DNA from: Eledone cirrhosa
Lineage: Eukaryota
Assembly: GCA_964016885.1 (NCBI GenBank)
Contig: OZ024742.1
Coordinates: 292,578,001-292,642,000 of the forward strand
DNA length: 64,000 nt
Reading direction: 5' to 3'
Shown: piece by piece, positions 12,209 to 23,360 of the stretch
How the letters are laid out: the number at the start of each line of letters is the position of its first letter
Numbering within the stretch: position 1 is the stretch's first letter
Program-made: the position numbers and the translations under genes
Notes under the pieces: generated by a model
What the model was told of the DNA's origin: nothing
Seen by the model: only the letters and a program-made list of their open reading frames with translations
Database searches by the model: none

Positions 12209-14484
12209 ATCATCATCATTATCATCATCATCATCATTTTACGTCCGCTCTTCCCTGCTTGCAAGGGTAGGATGGGTCTTATTCAGCACAGCATCTCTCC
12301 ACTTGTCATGGTCCTTTGTCATCTCCACTGTGAGCTTCAGCGATCTGAGGTCTGTTCTCACCACCTCCGCCCATGTTTTTCATGGTCTACCTCTACCACG
12401 TCTTCCTTCAACTGCATTTCCTGGCACTTCATCACCCATCGGTCATCCTCCATGCGCATCACATGTCCATACCACCTCAGTCTCCTCTCCCGTACACTAC
12501 ATTCTATCCCACTCAGACACAGTTTCTCTCTCAACACATTTATGCTGGGTCGTTCACGCACATTGACACTGCACATCCAATGGAGCATGCTTGCCTCATT
12601 TCTCTCCAGCCATTTGATATCCTCTGCAGTTGCTGCCCATGCCTCACTACCATGCACATTGCGCTCCTCACACAGGCATCATATAACCGGCCTTTCGTAC
12701 GCAGGGAGAAACCCTTCTTCGTCAGCAGAGGAAGCAGCTCCCTAAACTTCTTCCAACCCGTCCTTATTCTAGATACTATGGCCTCGGAACACCCTCCTCC
12801 CATGCTAATCTGATCTCCTAGGTACCGGAAGCTATCCACTACTTCTATAGCGCCCTCCTGCATTTGAAAAATGTATCTATCAATGCGACTTCTACTGTCT
12901 AATTTCCCTGTACATCTACTGCATACATATTTCTCCCTACCTGTTAGTTTGCCTGCTATCCCGCACATCTCTTGTGTACACAGGATCTGCATTGTGTGCA
13001 TTTTATAGAATTTATGCCAGTTCCTTTTCTGCATATTGAACATGACTATTTCCCTGACGGAATCAGAGTTTTGTCCTCTTTTCTACTCATCAACACTTTT
13101 GTCTTAGCTAGATTCACTCTCAGTCCTCTTGCTTCCAACTGCTGTTCCCATAACCAGAATTTATTCTCTAGCTCCTCTACTGATTCTGCTATAAGAACCA
13201 GATCGTCAGCATAGAGAAGTTCCCATGGACAGCCAGTCTTAAACTCCTCTGTTATGGCTTGGAGGACTATAATGAACAAGAGCGGGATGAGGACCGAACC
13301 TTGATGTACTCCTACTTGTATCTGGAATTCCTCACTAAACTCCATTCCTACCCTGACTTGACTGACAGTACCTCTGTACAAAGTTTGCACTGTCCTCACA
13401 AGCCATTCCTCAACACCTAGTTTCCTTAGGGACCACCAGGTGACAGATTGGGGTACCCTATCAAAGGCCTTCTCTAGGTCAACAAAGGCTAAGTATAGTG
13501 GCTTATTTTTCTCTAAGAACCTCTCTTGCAATTGTCTCACCAAGAAGAGGGCATCTGTTGTACCCTTCCCAGGCACAAAACCAAACTGCATCTCATCTAG
13601 TTTGACCCTTTCTCTAATTAGTTGTGCTAATATCCTTTCTGCCACTTTCATAACCTGATCCATCAGTTTTATACCCCTATAATTGCTCCTCTCCAGAGCA
13701 TCCCCTTTACCTTTGTAGCAAATTATGAGAATACTGCTGCACAAGTCTTGGGGTTTGACACCACCATATATAGCCTGATTGATGATGCGTGTAACCAGTT
13801 TAGTGCCTACGTCCCCTGATGCCTTCAGCATATCAGCAACTATTCCTGATGGTCCAGCAGCCTTACCATTTTTCATTTCCATAATCGCCTCTTGGACCCT
13901 ATATTCGTCAATCTCAATAGCTGGTCCCTCTGTCGGATCTACTAAGGGTAATTTCTCTCTCTCCCATTCGTTCTCCACATTCATCAGTCTCTCATAATGA
14001 CATTTCCAGGCCTCCTTTTTCTGATCATTCGTGACACTAAGTACACCGGCATCGTTCCGGACACATTTATCTCCAACAACATCCTGATTTGCATTGACAC
14101 ACTGCCTTGTAATGTGGAACACTGCACGCCTCTGATCTCCCCGTCGCAGAACATTGGCAAACCTACTCTCAGCCTCCCTGTGTGCTAAGTACACCTGACG
14201 TCTAGCTTCTCTCTTAGCAGCTGTATATTCTTCCCTACTCCCACCCTTTTTCCAAGCCTTCCATGCTAGTCTTTTGTCTCTAATAGCCTTATCTACTGTG
14301 CTGTTCCACGACCAGGTCACTCTCTGTCTGGTTGGAGCTCTGCTCCAGCCACAAGTTTCATCAGTAGCCTCCAGTAAGTTGTCACGTAAGAAATTCCAGT
14401 TATTATCTATGGCATACGTCTCTAAATCGTCTTCTTTTTCGTCATACATATCTTGAAGAGATTTCCTAAGTTTGTATTTTAGTG
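12209..14484 (-). mobile_element. 5'-truncated, frameshifted RTE LINE (copy C)
   Basis: ORFs 13046..14449, 12540..13043 and 12358..12657 give consecutive pieces: KAAGPSG, NYRGIKL, QFGF, LYADD, YLG, RLRWYGH; short 3'UTR and (CAT)n tail. Confidence 0.93.
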
Positions 14485-14530
<46 letters not shown>

Positions 14531-14531
<1 letters not shown>

Positions 14532-16750
14532 TAAATGAGGAGAATAATTGGGAGAAAGACAGTCTCCCTCACATCGACCCAATAGAGGGACCAGCAGTGC
14601 AAGTTGAAGGTAGTATAATAAGTAAGGCGATGAAAGACATGAAGGGCAAGGCGGCCGGGCCTTCGGAAATAGTTGCTGAAATGCTGAAAGCATCTGGAAC
14701 GGTGGGACACACCATGGTCACCCGGATAGTAAACCAAGTCATACAGAATGTGGTCGTTCCGAAGGACTGGCACAGCAGCATCATCATTAACTGCTACAAG
14801 GGTAAAGGCGATGCCCTAGATAGGGGAAACTATAGAGGCATTAAATTAATTGACCAGGTCATGAAGGTCACAGAAAAAGTAATAGCGCAACTAATCAGAG
14901 AGCAAATTGATCTTGACGAAATGCAGTTCGGGTTTGTGTCAGGTAAAAGTACAACAGACGCTCTTTTCATTGTACGACAACTACAGGAGAAGTACCTAGC
15001 TAAAAGTAAACCCCTATACTTAGCTTTTGTTGACTTGGAGAAAGCTTTGACAGAGTACCCCGCTCGATTATCTGGTGGGCCCTTAGAAAACTAGGTGTTG
15101 ATGAATGGCTTGTGAGAGCTATACAAGCCATGTATAAAGAAACAGTCAGCAAGGTTAGAATTAACAACGAATATAGTGAAGAGTTTAACGTAAAAGTTGG
15201 TGTTCATGAGGGCTCCGTCCTTAGCCCCCTACTATTTATTATTGCCCTTCAGGCTATAACAGAGGAGTTCAAGACCGGCTGCCCATGGGAACTCCTATAT
15301 GCAGATGATCTAACGCTCATAGCTGAATCAATGACTGAACTAGAGAAGAAATTCCAAACATGGAAGCATGGCCTAGAATCAAAAGGCGTTAAAGTTAACT
15401 TGTCTAAGACTAAAGTTCTAGTTTGTAGGAAGGAAAATAGGGCACCAGTCCCATCTGGGAAATGGCCATGCTCAGTGTGGAGGAAAGGAGTAGGCAGAAA
15501 CTCCATTTTATGTCCCAAATGCAAAGTATGGGTGCATAAGAGATGTACTGGGATCACAGGTAAGCTAACTAAGAACATAGATTTTATATGTGGCCGGTGC
15601 CCAGGTGCAATAAGTAGCAGCACGTGCCCACAGAATACTAGCTCATTCCATTGCACAGATGGTTCTATAGAAATAGAGGACAGCTTCCGTTACCTGGGTG
15701 ACAAAATCAGCAGTGGGGGAGGGTGCTCTGAAAGTACAGTAGCTAGAGTCAGAACGGGATGGAAAAAGTTCAGAGAGCTTATACCACTATTGGCCGCTAA
15801 AAGGTTCTCTCTAAAAATGAAAGGCAGGCTGTATGATGCCTGCATACGAACAGCAATGTTACATGGCAGTGAGACCTGGGCATTGTGTGCAGAGGATATA
15901 CGCAGACTGGAGAGGAACGAAGCTTGCATGCTCCGCTGGATGTGTAATAGTAATATACGTGAACGGCAAAGCATAAACGAACTAAGGGAGAAATTAGGAA
16001 TAAGAGGGATCAGATGTTGTTTACTCGAGAGAAGACTACGTTGGTACGGTCACGTGATGCGCATGAAAGACGACAGCTGTATAAAAAAGTGCAGGGCGAT
16101 AAAAATAGACGGTAGCCACGGAGTAGGCAGACCCAGAAAAACCTGGGACGACTTGATAAATTTCGACCTCACACACTTACACCTCTCCAAGACAATGTCA
16201 CTGGAATGAGATCTTTGGCGCTACACAGTTATACAGAAGACCCGACTTGCCTAAGTACAAAGCGAAACCTACAGTCAGTAGGCACCTCTAACAAAATACA
16301 CCCCGTCCCACTACCCCCACCCCATCCACACCACCCTCTTAAATGTGAAGTTATGTTGGTACCACAACATCCAGTCCGAAACAAATGAGGTCGTGTAGGT
16401 GTCACGACAAAAAAAACACACAGTCCACGCTGTAATGTCGCCATGTAGGTAAAAACCTCCCAGTACACACTGTAAACGTGGTTGGTGTTGGGAAGGGCAC
16501 CCAGCCGTAGAAAACCCGCCAGACGTGTAGGTGTCACGACAAAAAACACACAGTCCACGCTGTAATGTGGCCGTGTAGGTAACACGGTAAAAACCTCCCA
16601 GTCCACACTGTAAACGTGGTTGGTGTTAGGAAGGGCATCCAGCCGTAGAAAACTCGCCAGACAGTCCTATACGAGCAGGACAACCAATCTTGCCTGAAGT
16701 GGGAAAACTCCTGTCCAAACCCATGCAAGAATGGAAGATGGACGTTAAAC

Positions 16751-16801
<51 letters not shown>

Positions 16802-16818
16802 AATGATGATTATGATGT
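14531..16818 (+). mobile_element. 5'-truncated, frameshifted RTE LINE (copy D)
   Basis: ORFs 14516..15094 and 15112..16209 with RT motifs; 3'UTR with internal duplication; long (GAT)n tail at 16751-16818. Confidence 0.93.
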
Positions 16819-17367
16819 TGCATATGTGTATAAAGTTAGTTTTACTTTTTAATTTTCCTATTCAACTGTTAAAACAAGTTTGTTTGTTTTTGTAGATATT
16901 TTTGTTTTGTTTTGTTTTTTTGCAGGGGTGTTATAACATGATCACTTAAATCTTTGATAAAACATTTGATATTTGTTGATAACATCAAATAATTGTAAAC
17001 TATTTACAATCGAAATACGTCGCTTTACAAAAGCTATTTACAATTGAAAGAGAAGACAAGATCACTGTGTGTGTGATTATAATAGCATTCCTTTTGTTTA
17101 TTGTCTTTCATAAGATATGTGTCCAGCATCTAAGTCTGCATAGCTTTACAAAACTATTCACAACTGCATTGTGAGCTGAGATGCTGCAAGAAACATGTAA
17201 TGTGCGTTAAATCATGTAAACAATGTACAATGGAAACCTTGTTTGAAATGTTAACAAAACATTTGTGTATTGTTATTGTTCTGCTTTTAGAGATACTTGG
17301 GATTAACTTCAATGGTTTGGGGCTTTCACTTCTTTTATTTATATGTTTACTTGCATACTCACTCAGG

Positions 17368-17385
17368 CACACACGCGCACGCACA

Positions 17386-17432
<47 letters not shown>

Positions 17433-17520
17433 ATGCATATATATATATGTGAACATATACACACATACATATATACACATACACACACATGCATATACAT
17501 ATATATATACATACACACAC

Positions 17521-17552
<32 letters not shown>

Positions 17553-17692
17553 ATACACACACATACATGCACACAGACTCACACACATATACACACAATA
17601 CATGTACACATATGCACACACACACACACACATACACATGCACATACATACACACAAATACACATATACATAGACACATACACATGCACACA
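17368..17692. repeat. (CA)n/(TA)n compound microsatellite
   Basis: Direct reading. Confidence 0.9.
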
Positions 17693-17754
17693 GAGTTAAA
17701 GAGAGAAACAGTAATAGGTATTTAGTTATGAAAGGTTCTATCACTATATTACTA

Positions 17755-17945
17755 TGAATGCACCTGGCTTAGTAGTTGGGTTATTCAGATCACAATCATA
17801 AGGTCATAAGTTGAATTCACAGTGAAATATTGTCTTTGAGCAAGATATATTCCATGTTGTTTCAGTCTAGTTAGCTAAAAATGATTCAAAGGGCAAGCCC
17901 TGTCACACGCATGTCATGCTGAATCTCCCTGAGAACTATGAGGGT
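17755..17945 (+). mobile_element. Degenerate CORE-like tRNA SINE
   Basis: TGGCTTAGTAG A-box, AAGTTGAATTC B-box-like, GTCTTTGAGCAAGATAT core-like. Confidence 0.55.
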
Positions 17946-18180
17946 TTGCTTCAAAATTCATAGGCTGACCAAGAGCTTGGTTTCATAATAGATTGCTGGT
18001 TCTCCTGGGTGGGGTGTTAGTCCTCTGTTGGATGATGGCGCTGCCATCTTAGTGGCAAGCCAACATGCCATGAGTCACCATTAGTCTAAAACCTCCCTGA
18101 GGGACCAGCCCACCTGGGGTGGCTCTACCAGGAGCCCTCTGAGATTTATAGAATACACATAGGGGATTTCTTCCAGTGAA

Positions 18181-18286
18181 AGAGAGAGAGAGGAGAGAGA
18201 CAGAGAGATAGAGAGAGAGAGAGGAGATTTAGTGTGTGTGTGCATGTGTGTGTATGCATGTGTGTGCATGTGTGTGTGTGTGTGCA

Positions 18287-18317
<31 letters not shown>

Positions 18318-18384
18318 GGGTGTGCATGTGTGCGTGTGTGCATGTGTGTGAGTGTGTGTACATATGTGTGTGTGCATGTGTGTA
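18181..18384. repeat. (GA)n/(GT)n compound microsatellite
   Basis: Direct reading. Confidence 0.9.
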
Positions 18385-18904
18385 TATTGTATTGCCCTAC
18401 CAATGGAAGTTATAGACATTAGAGAATATTTCTATGCAATTTTCAACCAATTTAAAATACATTTCTGTCATTTTCTCTGCTCATCAAAGACTAATGTATT
18501 TTTGTAATACACAATAAAATCCTTATTTCAAGATGTGACCACAGAATGTAAAAAAATACTGACAGAAAATCAATGTAAAACAAAACTAAAAAAGAGATTA
18601 TTTTTAACAAAAAATCAACATAAAAATCATTATTATGAAATAAAATTATTCTTTACATTTCACAGATGATTAATCTCCATGGTAGTTATCTATTTCCTGC
18701 TATTTAGACCATTCTTTGACAATTATGAGTAATTTTCTCCATATTTCCAACAATGGTCAATAAATTGCAATCCTACAACAGTTTTCAATGGTGGTTAGAA
18801 TTTAAAATTTCAAAAACTGACAAATATTAAATCTTTGTGAAAGAATTATAGAGAATTGTGACTATTTAAGGGATTTTTTTGTTTGCTTGTTTCTTGCAAT
18901 ATCA

Positions 18905-19215
18905 GTTATAGAAAGTGGTTAGAGAGTCAGGCTTACAATCATAAAGTTTGAATTTTATTCCCAGACTGGGCTGTGTTGTGTGTGTTCTTGAGCAAGATAC
19001 TTTATTTCACATTGCTCCAGTTTACTCAGCTGTAGAAATGATTTGCAATGTCACTGGTGCTAAGCTGTATCAGCCTTAGCCTTTCCCTTGGACCAACATC
19101 AGTGGTGTGGAGAGGGGAAATTGGTATGCATGGGTGACTGCTGGTCTTCCACAAACAACCTTGCTCAGACGTGTGCCTCGGAGGGCAACTTTCTAGGTGC
19201 AAATCCCATGGTCAC
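18905..19215 (+). mobile_element. CORE-like tRNA SINE with a different 3' part
   Basis: GTTCTTGAGCAAGATACTTTATTTCACATTGCTCCAGTTTACTCAGCTGTAGAAATGA is almost identical to the reverse complement of 3202-3260; downstream sequence differs. Confidence 0.7.
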
Positions 19216-19615
19216 TAATACTACCATTCTTTATATTTTTATTCAGAATTATATCAACCTTCCATTGTTGAATCTCATTATTATTAACTAAAATATAGAT
19301 ATACTTGCATAAACCCATCAAATGTGATGGAGTTTACATTAAAAAAATGTCATTCAATAATTCCTTTATCTCTTGACACTGAAATGGAATTTTATTTTCT
19401 TGTCTGTTATACATAAAAATATTATGTCAACTATATTTTACAGATCTGGCTGTATAGGAAAGTAGAGGAAAGGCTTATAAATGCCATAAATAAGAAGAAC
19501 TGGAGGAAAAAAGCAAGGACTATCAGGCAACAGAAGGAAGAGAGGGGAACATTTAATGTAAAGATGCTTGAATCCTAGTTTTACTTCATATTCTCTCACT
19601 TGTCAGTCTTGCCAT

Positions 19616-19838
19616 CAGGACTGGATTTAGAGCTTGTAGGGCCCGGGACATTTCGGATTTGGGGCTTATACATACAGGTATTAGATTCGATAATTCTAAC
19701 CATCCTAAAACTAAAAAGGTCAGCTGAGGGTACAAATAAATTGGTACGGCTATCGCTGGTGCCCGACATACAAGTGCATACACACACTGCAGGGGGCCCA
19801 GGGCAATTGCTCCCCCCCCCTCATTTAATCTAGTCCTG
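19616..19838. mobile_element. hAT-type MITE (223 bp)
   Basis: Perfect 8-bp TSD CTTGCCAT (19608-19615, 19839-19846); TIR CAGGACTGGATT / AATCTAGTCCTG. Confidence 0.88.
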
Positions 19839-19976
19839 CTTGCCATTGCCTCATTTCATTTTACTTTAAATCAATAACAATTTTCTTCCATATTCTCTTT
19901 AATCATTATCAAACAAATATACACTAAATTACAACTTTGTTCTACATATCTGTCTATCTATCAATCTATTTATCTA

Positions 19977-20966
19977 CTGGGCGCCTGGCACACTGAGTGT
20001 GCCCAGGCGCTCACCGCCCTCTGGCAGGCGGATCCGGTTATCAGTGGAGACTCCACCGCAACATTCTATAGAGGGCTGGTACGCAGCAGGTGCGACGACG
20101 CCCTCGGAGAAGCCCTAGACATGGAGGAGGACGAACTGGCCAGCCTGTTCGGTAGGACATTCAGCCCGGGGCCTATGGACAACTTCCAGAAGTCCCTGGC
20201 CTGGCAGTGCTACCGAGGGGCTTTACCCGTTCGAGAAAGGCTCTACAGACACGGGCGCCCGGGTAGGGACCCCGCCAAAAAGATCTGTCCCAGATGCGTG
20301 TGCGACGAGGAAACCGTTGCACACGCATTGGTACACTGCTCGGGCGTAGCCGATCTGTGGGGCTATGTCGAACAACTGCTGTCAAGGGTGGGACCGATCC
20401 GGTTGACCACCGAGTCTATTGTAATGATCAAGCCGCCTCCCCCCTTCAAAGATGAAGCAGAGGCGGTGTTTCTGTGCGTAATAGCCATGGCGAAAGAGGT
20501 TGTATGGTGGACGCGTCTGAAAGGACTGAGGTCAGGCACCTTTCTCTCTGGCCAACAACTGGTCCGTTTCTTCCGATATCATTTCGGAAGAAGGATCAGG
20601 ATGGAGAGAGAGGTGCTGCACCCCAGCCGTTTCTATGAAAGATGGGTGAAAGTGGCGAGAATGGCCTGTGTGAATGGGCCTTCACTCTACATCAGACTAT
20701 AGGTGAGGAAGATGAAAGACCAAGGGAGCACCCCTTCTCTGTGCTCCTGAGGAGAAGGGTTGCACACTTTTTTCGGGGGTGTGTGCGACCCCCTAAGGCG
20801 CCTCCTCTCTATTGAGGATTTTGTTATAAATTTTATTTTTTGTTATATCTTATTTTATTTTTATATTTTGTTATTGCCTCCTCCTTATTGAGGACGCCTT
20901 TTTGTGTAAACTCCCCCCTTTGTACTTGTCCCACTTTTGATGCCCTAGTGGCAAATAAAAGAAACA
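19977..20966 (+). mobile_element. 5'-truncated Tx1/L1-clade LINE
   Basis: ORF 20121..20702 is a close paralog of 26167..26790 (CPRC...ETVAHALVHC zinc-finger motif); 14-bp TSD AATCTATTTATCTA at 19963-19976 and 20967-20980. Confidence 0.9.
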
Positions 20967-21219
20967 AATCTATTTATCTATCCGTCATAATCTAGCTGTC
21001 GTCTGTTCTACAGCGTAGATGTAATTCACTTCGCGCAGAAGTTTTGTTCAAATTTATTGCGGAAATTTTGTAAGTTCAATTTTAATTTTGATACTATTGT
21101 GTAGCTTGACCCCCCGTCTGAACTGTCAGGTGGTGGGTCAGCTCATCTTTGCCCCTCCCAGGTGAAAAACCTGTTTTTAAAAATTTTGTGGCATAAAAAA
21201 TTTCAATCGTCTGACAGAA

Positions 21220-23117
21220 ATGTTAAACGAAGCTAACGAAAATAGTGGTGGGGGCACAGCGGTAAGAGTTGTAAGCTCGCACGCTTTAGTCCCCCCCCCC
21301 CTTTCTTCCCAACTAACGTCATAGAGAAGGAAAGAAAAAATAAAATAAAAACAGACGAATCTGCGGAGAAAAATGACGAAAACACAAATCTGGACATTGA
21401 TTCCAACAACAAAAAAAAAAATTTGAAAAATTGCATGACAATATTAATTGTTTCTACTTTAGGCACAAGGCCAGCAATTACCCAGTTCATTACTGGTACT
21501 TTATTTTATCGACCCCGTAAGGATGAAAGGCAAAGTCAACCTCGGCGGGATTTGAACTCAGATCGTAAAGGGACGTAACTATGCTGGAAAGCATGGCGTC
21601 CGACCCTCTACCGATACTGCCAATCCACCGCCCTTGCATGACAATATTAATACCACAAACAAAGACACAACAAACACAAAAATAACATTTGAAAACAACA
21701 TCATAACAGAAAGCAAAGCAGACGTCAAAGTCAACACCAATAATATTTCATTTGCACAAACAACAAAGAAATCTTTGACATATATACCTGAAAATATTTC
21801 AGATGTGGCACAAAGAATTACAGACGCCAAACAATACATAACTCAAGGGGAAAATGGTATTTTATCGGTAAAAATGCCTCAAGAACTCACCAAAGACATT
21901 GAAAGTCGGACGGTCGTTTTCCGCACCATCAACAACATTTCTAAAAAACCTCAACAGCCAACACAAACAGAAATCAAAGCAGTACTTACAGAAGTACTTA
22001 ATGAAACCACTTTCATAAGAAGAAACAGACTGTATGGAAGCCTAGCGATTATTATGAAGAACGAATCGGCGGCAAAAAAATGTGCTTTGTCGCCGATTCG
22101 TTCGACAAATTTTACCTTTTATCCATCTTATATGGGTAAAAGAACTCAGCGCATATGGCTGGATGCGATGATGCCAGATGTGGACTACTGCTGGCTCATA
22201 GCAGGCTTCATCGATCCAGCGAATGACAACGTGATTTCCATTGGGAAAACCACAGGCAATGCGTTCAGTGGAACAGGTATAGAATTGTAGTGCAAATGAA
22301 GCCTGAACGCATTGCCCAAATACCCGACAGAATCCTATTAGAGGGCCACGGGTATATAAACATTAGCGTGGAGGGGAGAAGGCCGTCCTGTCATATCTGT
22401 GCAGGCAGAGGGCACCTGAAGGCGGCTTGTCCCCAACTCAATAAGAAGAAAACCCTGCTACCAACACCAGCTCCACCATCACCACAACAGATAAACAAAC
22501 AACAAAACTCAGTCCCACCCAACCCGTCCCTCAGTAAAACTACACCACCACCACAACACAAACAGTCACAACACATTACCCAAAAACAAAACACAGTCCC
22601 ACCCAACCCCTCACTCAATAAAACAACACAACCACCGCAGCCACAACACACAACACAGTCTAACATAGTGACAGCCATCTCCCCCACAAAGAAAACCAAC
22701 ACGGAAACATTACCAGCAAACATACCTCTTCCCTCCAACACTGAAGATAACCCAACGAATTCGGAGGAAGAAACGGAGTCCTTCAGACAGATTAAAAGGA
22801 AAAAAAGAAAACATGTGCAAAACACACAAGGCCAAACAACCCCTACCCAAATGTCAACACAATCCAACAAAACACAAAACACCCCTCCAGCAACAAACAA
22901 AACCAAACCTGCCCCTCCCCTCTTCGAAACACTCACACCATCCGAAAAAAAGACATTACACTATACTTACATCAACAGAAACAATAATAAATTAAATGAA
23001 CTCATAAACAATAACCCTTCGGTACAAACCGAAGGTGTAAACTTTGTTTCTTCAGAAAACTACCCACATTTAAAATTAATAAAGATCCCAATGAACCTCT
23101 ACCAAAAACTAAAATAG
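21220..23117 (+). pseudogene. LINE ORF1 (gag-like, zinc knuckle), disrupted
   Basis: CHICAGRGHLKAAC (Cx2Cx4Hx4C) in 22290..23117 followed by a P/T/Q-rich region; frameshift near 22290 and SINE insertion at 21449; the ATG at 21220 is tentative. Confidence 0.7.
21449..21633 (-). mobile_element. Young tRNA-derived SINE inserted in Tx1 ORF1
   Basis: 18-bp TSD TTGCATGACAATATTAAT (21431-21448, 21634-21651); near-identical to 31228-31408; B-box GAGTTCAAATCC. Confidence 0.9.
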
Positions 23118-23360
23118 GATTTTAAGGAGGACGTAGGACCACCCTCTGTCAAACCCATAAACCGCGTCCTACTAAAAAGCTTTCTCCCTCCCCTTCCCCT
23201 CCCCAACACAAACACCCCAACCCCACCACACACTGACGACCCCACACCACCACAAGACACCCCTTCACCCAACACCCCCGACCCCATGGAAGTCGTGCGA
23301 CCCGAACCCCGGGAAGCAGAAAGGTAGGTCTCTACACTCTCCTTTGGCTTTGCCGCCCAC

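Noticed and set aside
17154-18422. Overlapping Cys/Val/His/Thr-rich ORFs (also 34299-34717 and 11321-11696)
   Set aside because: Artefacts of dinucleotide microsatellites.
7800-19560. Host exons after pyrimidine-rich CAG acceptors (e.g. 7820, 19443)
   Set aside because: No convincing open frame, donor site or recognisable protein; cannot be supported without transcripts.
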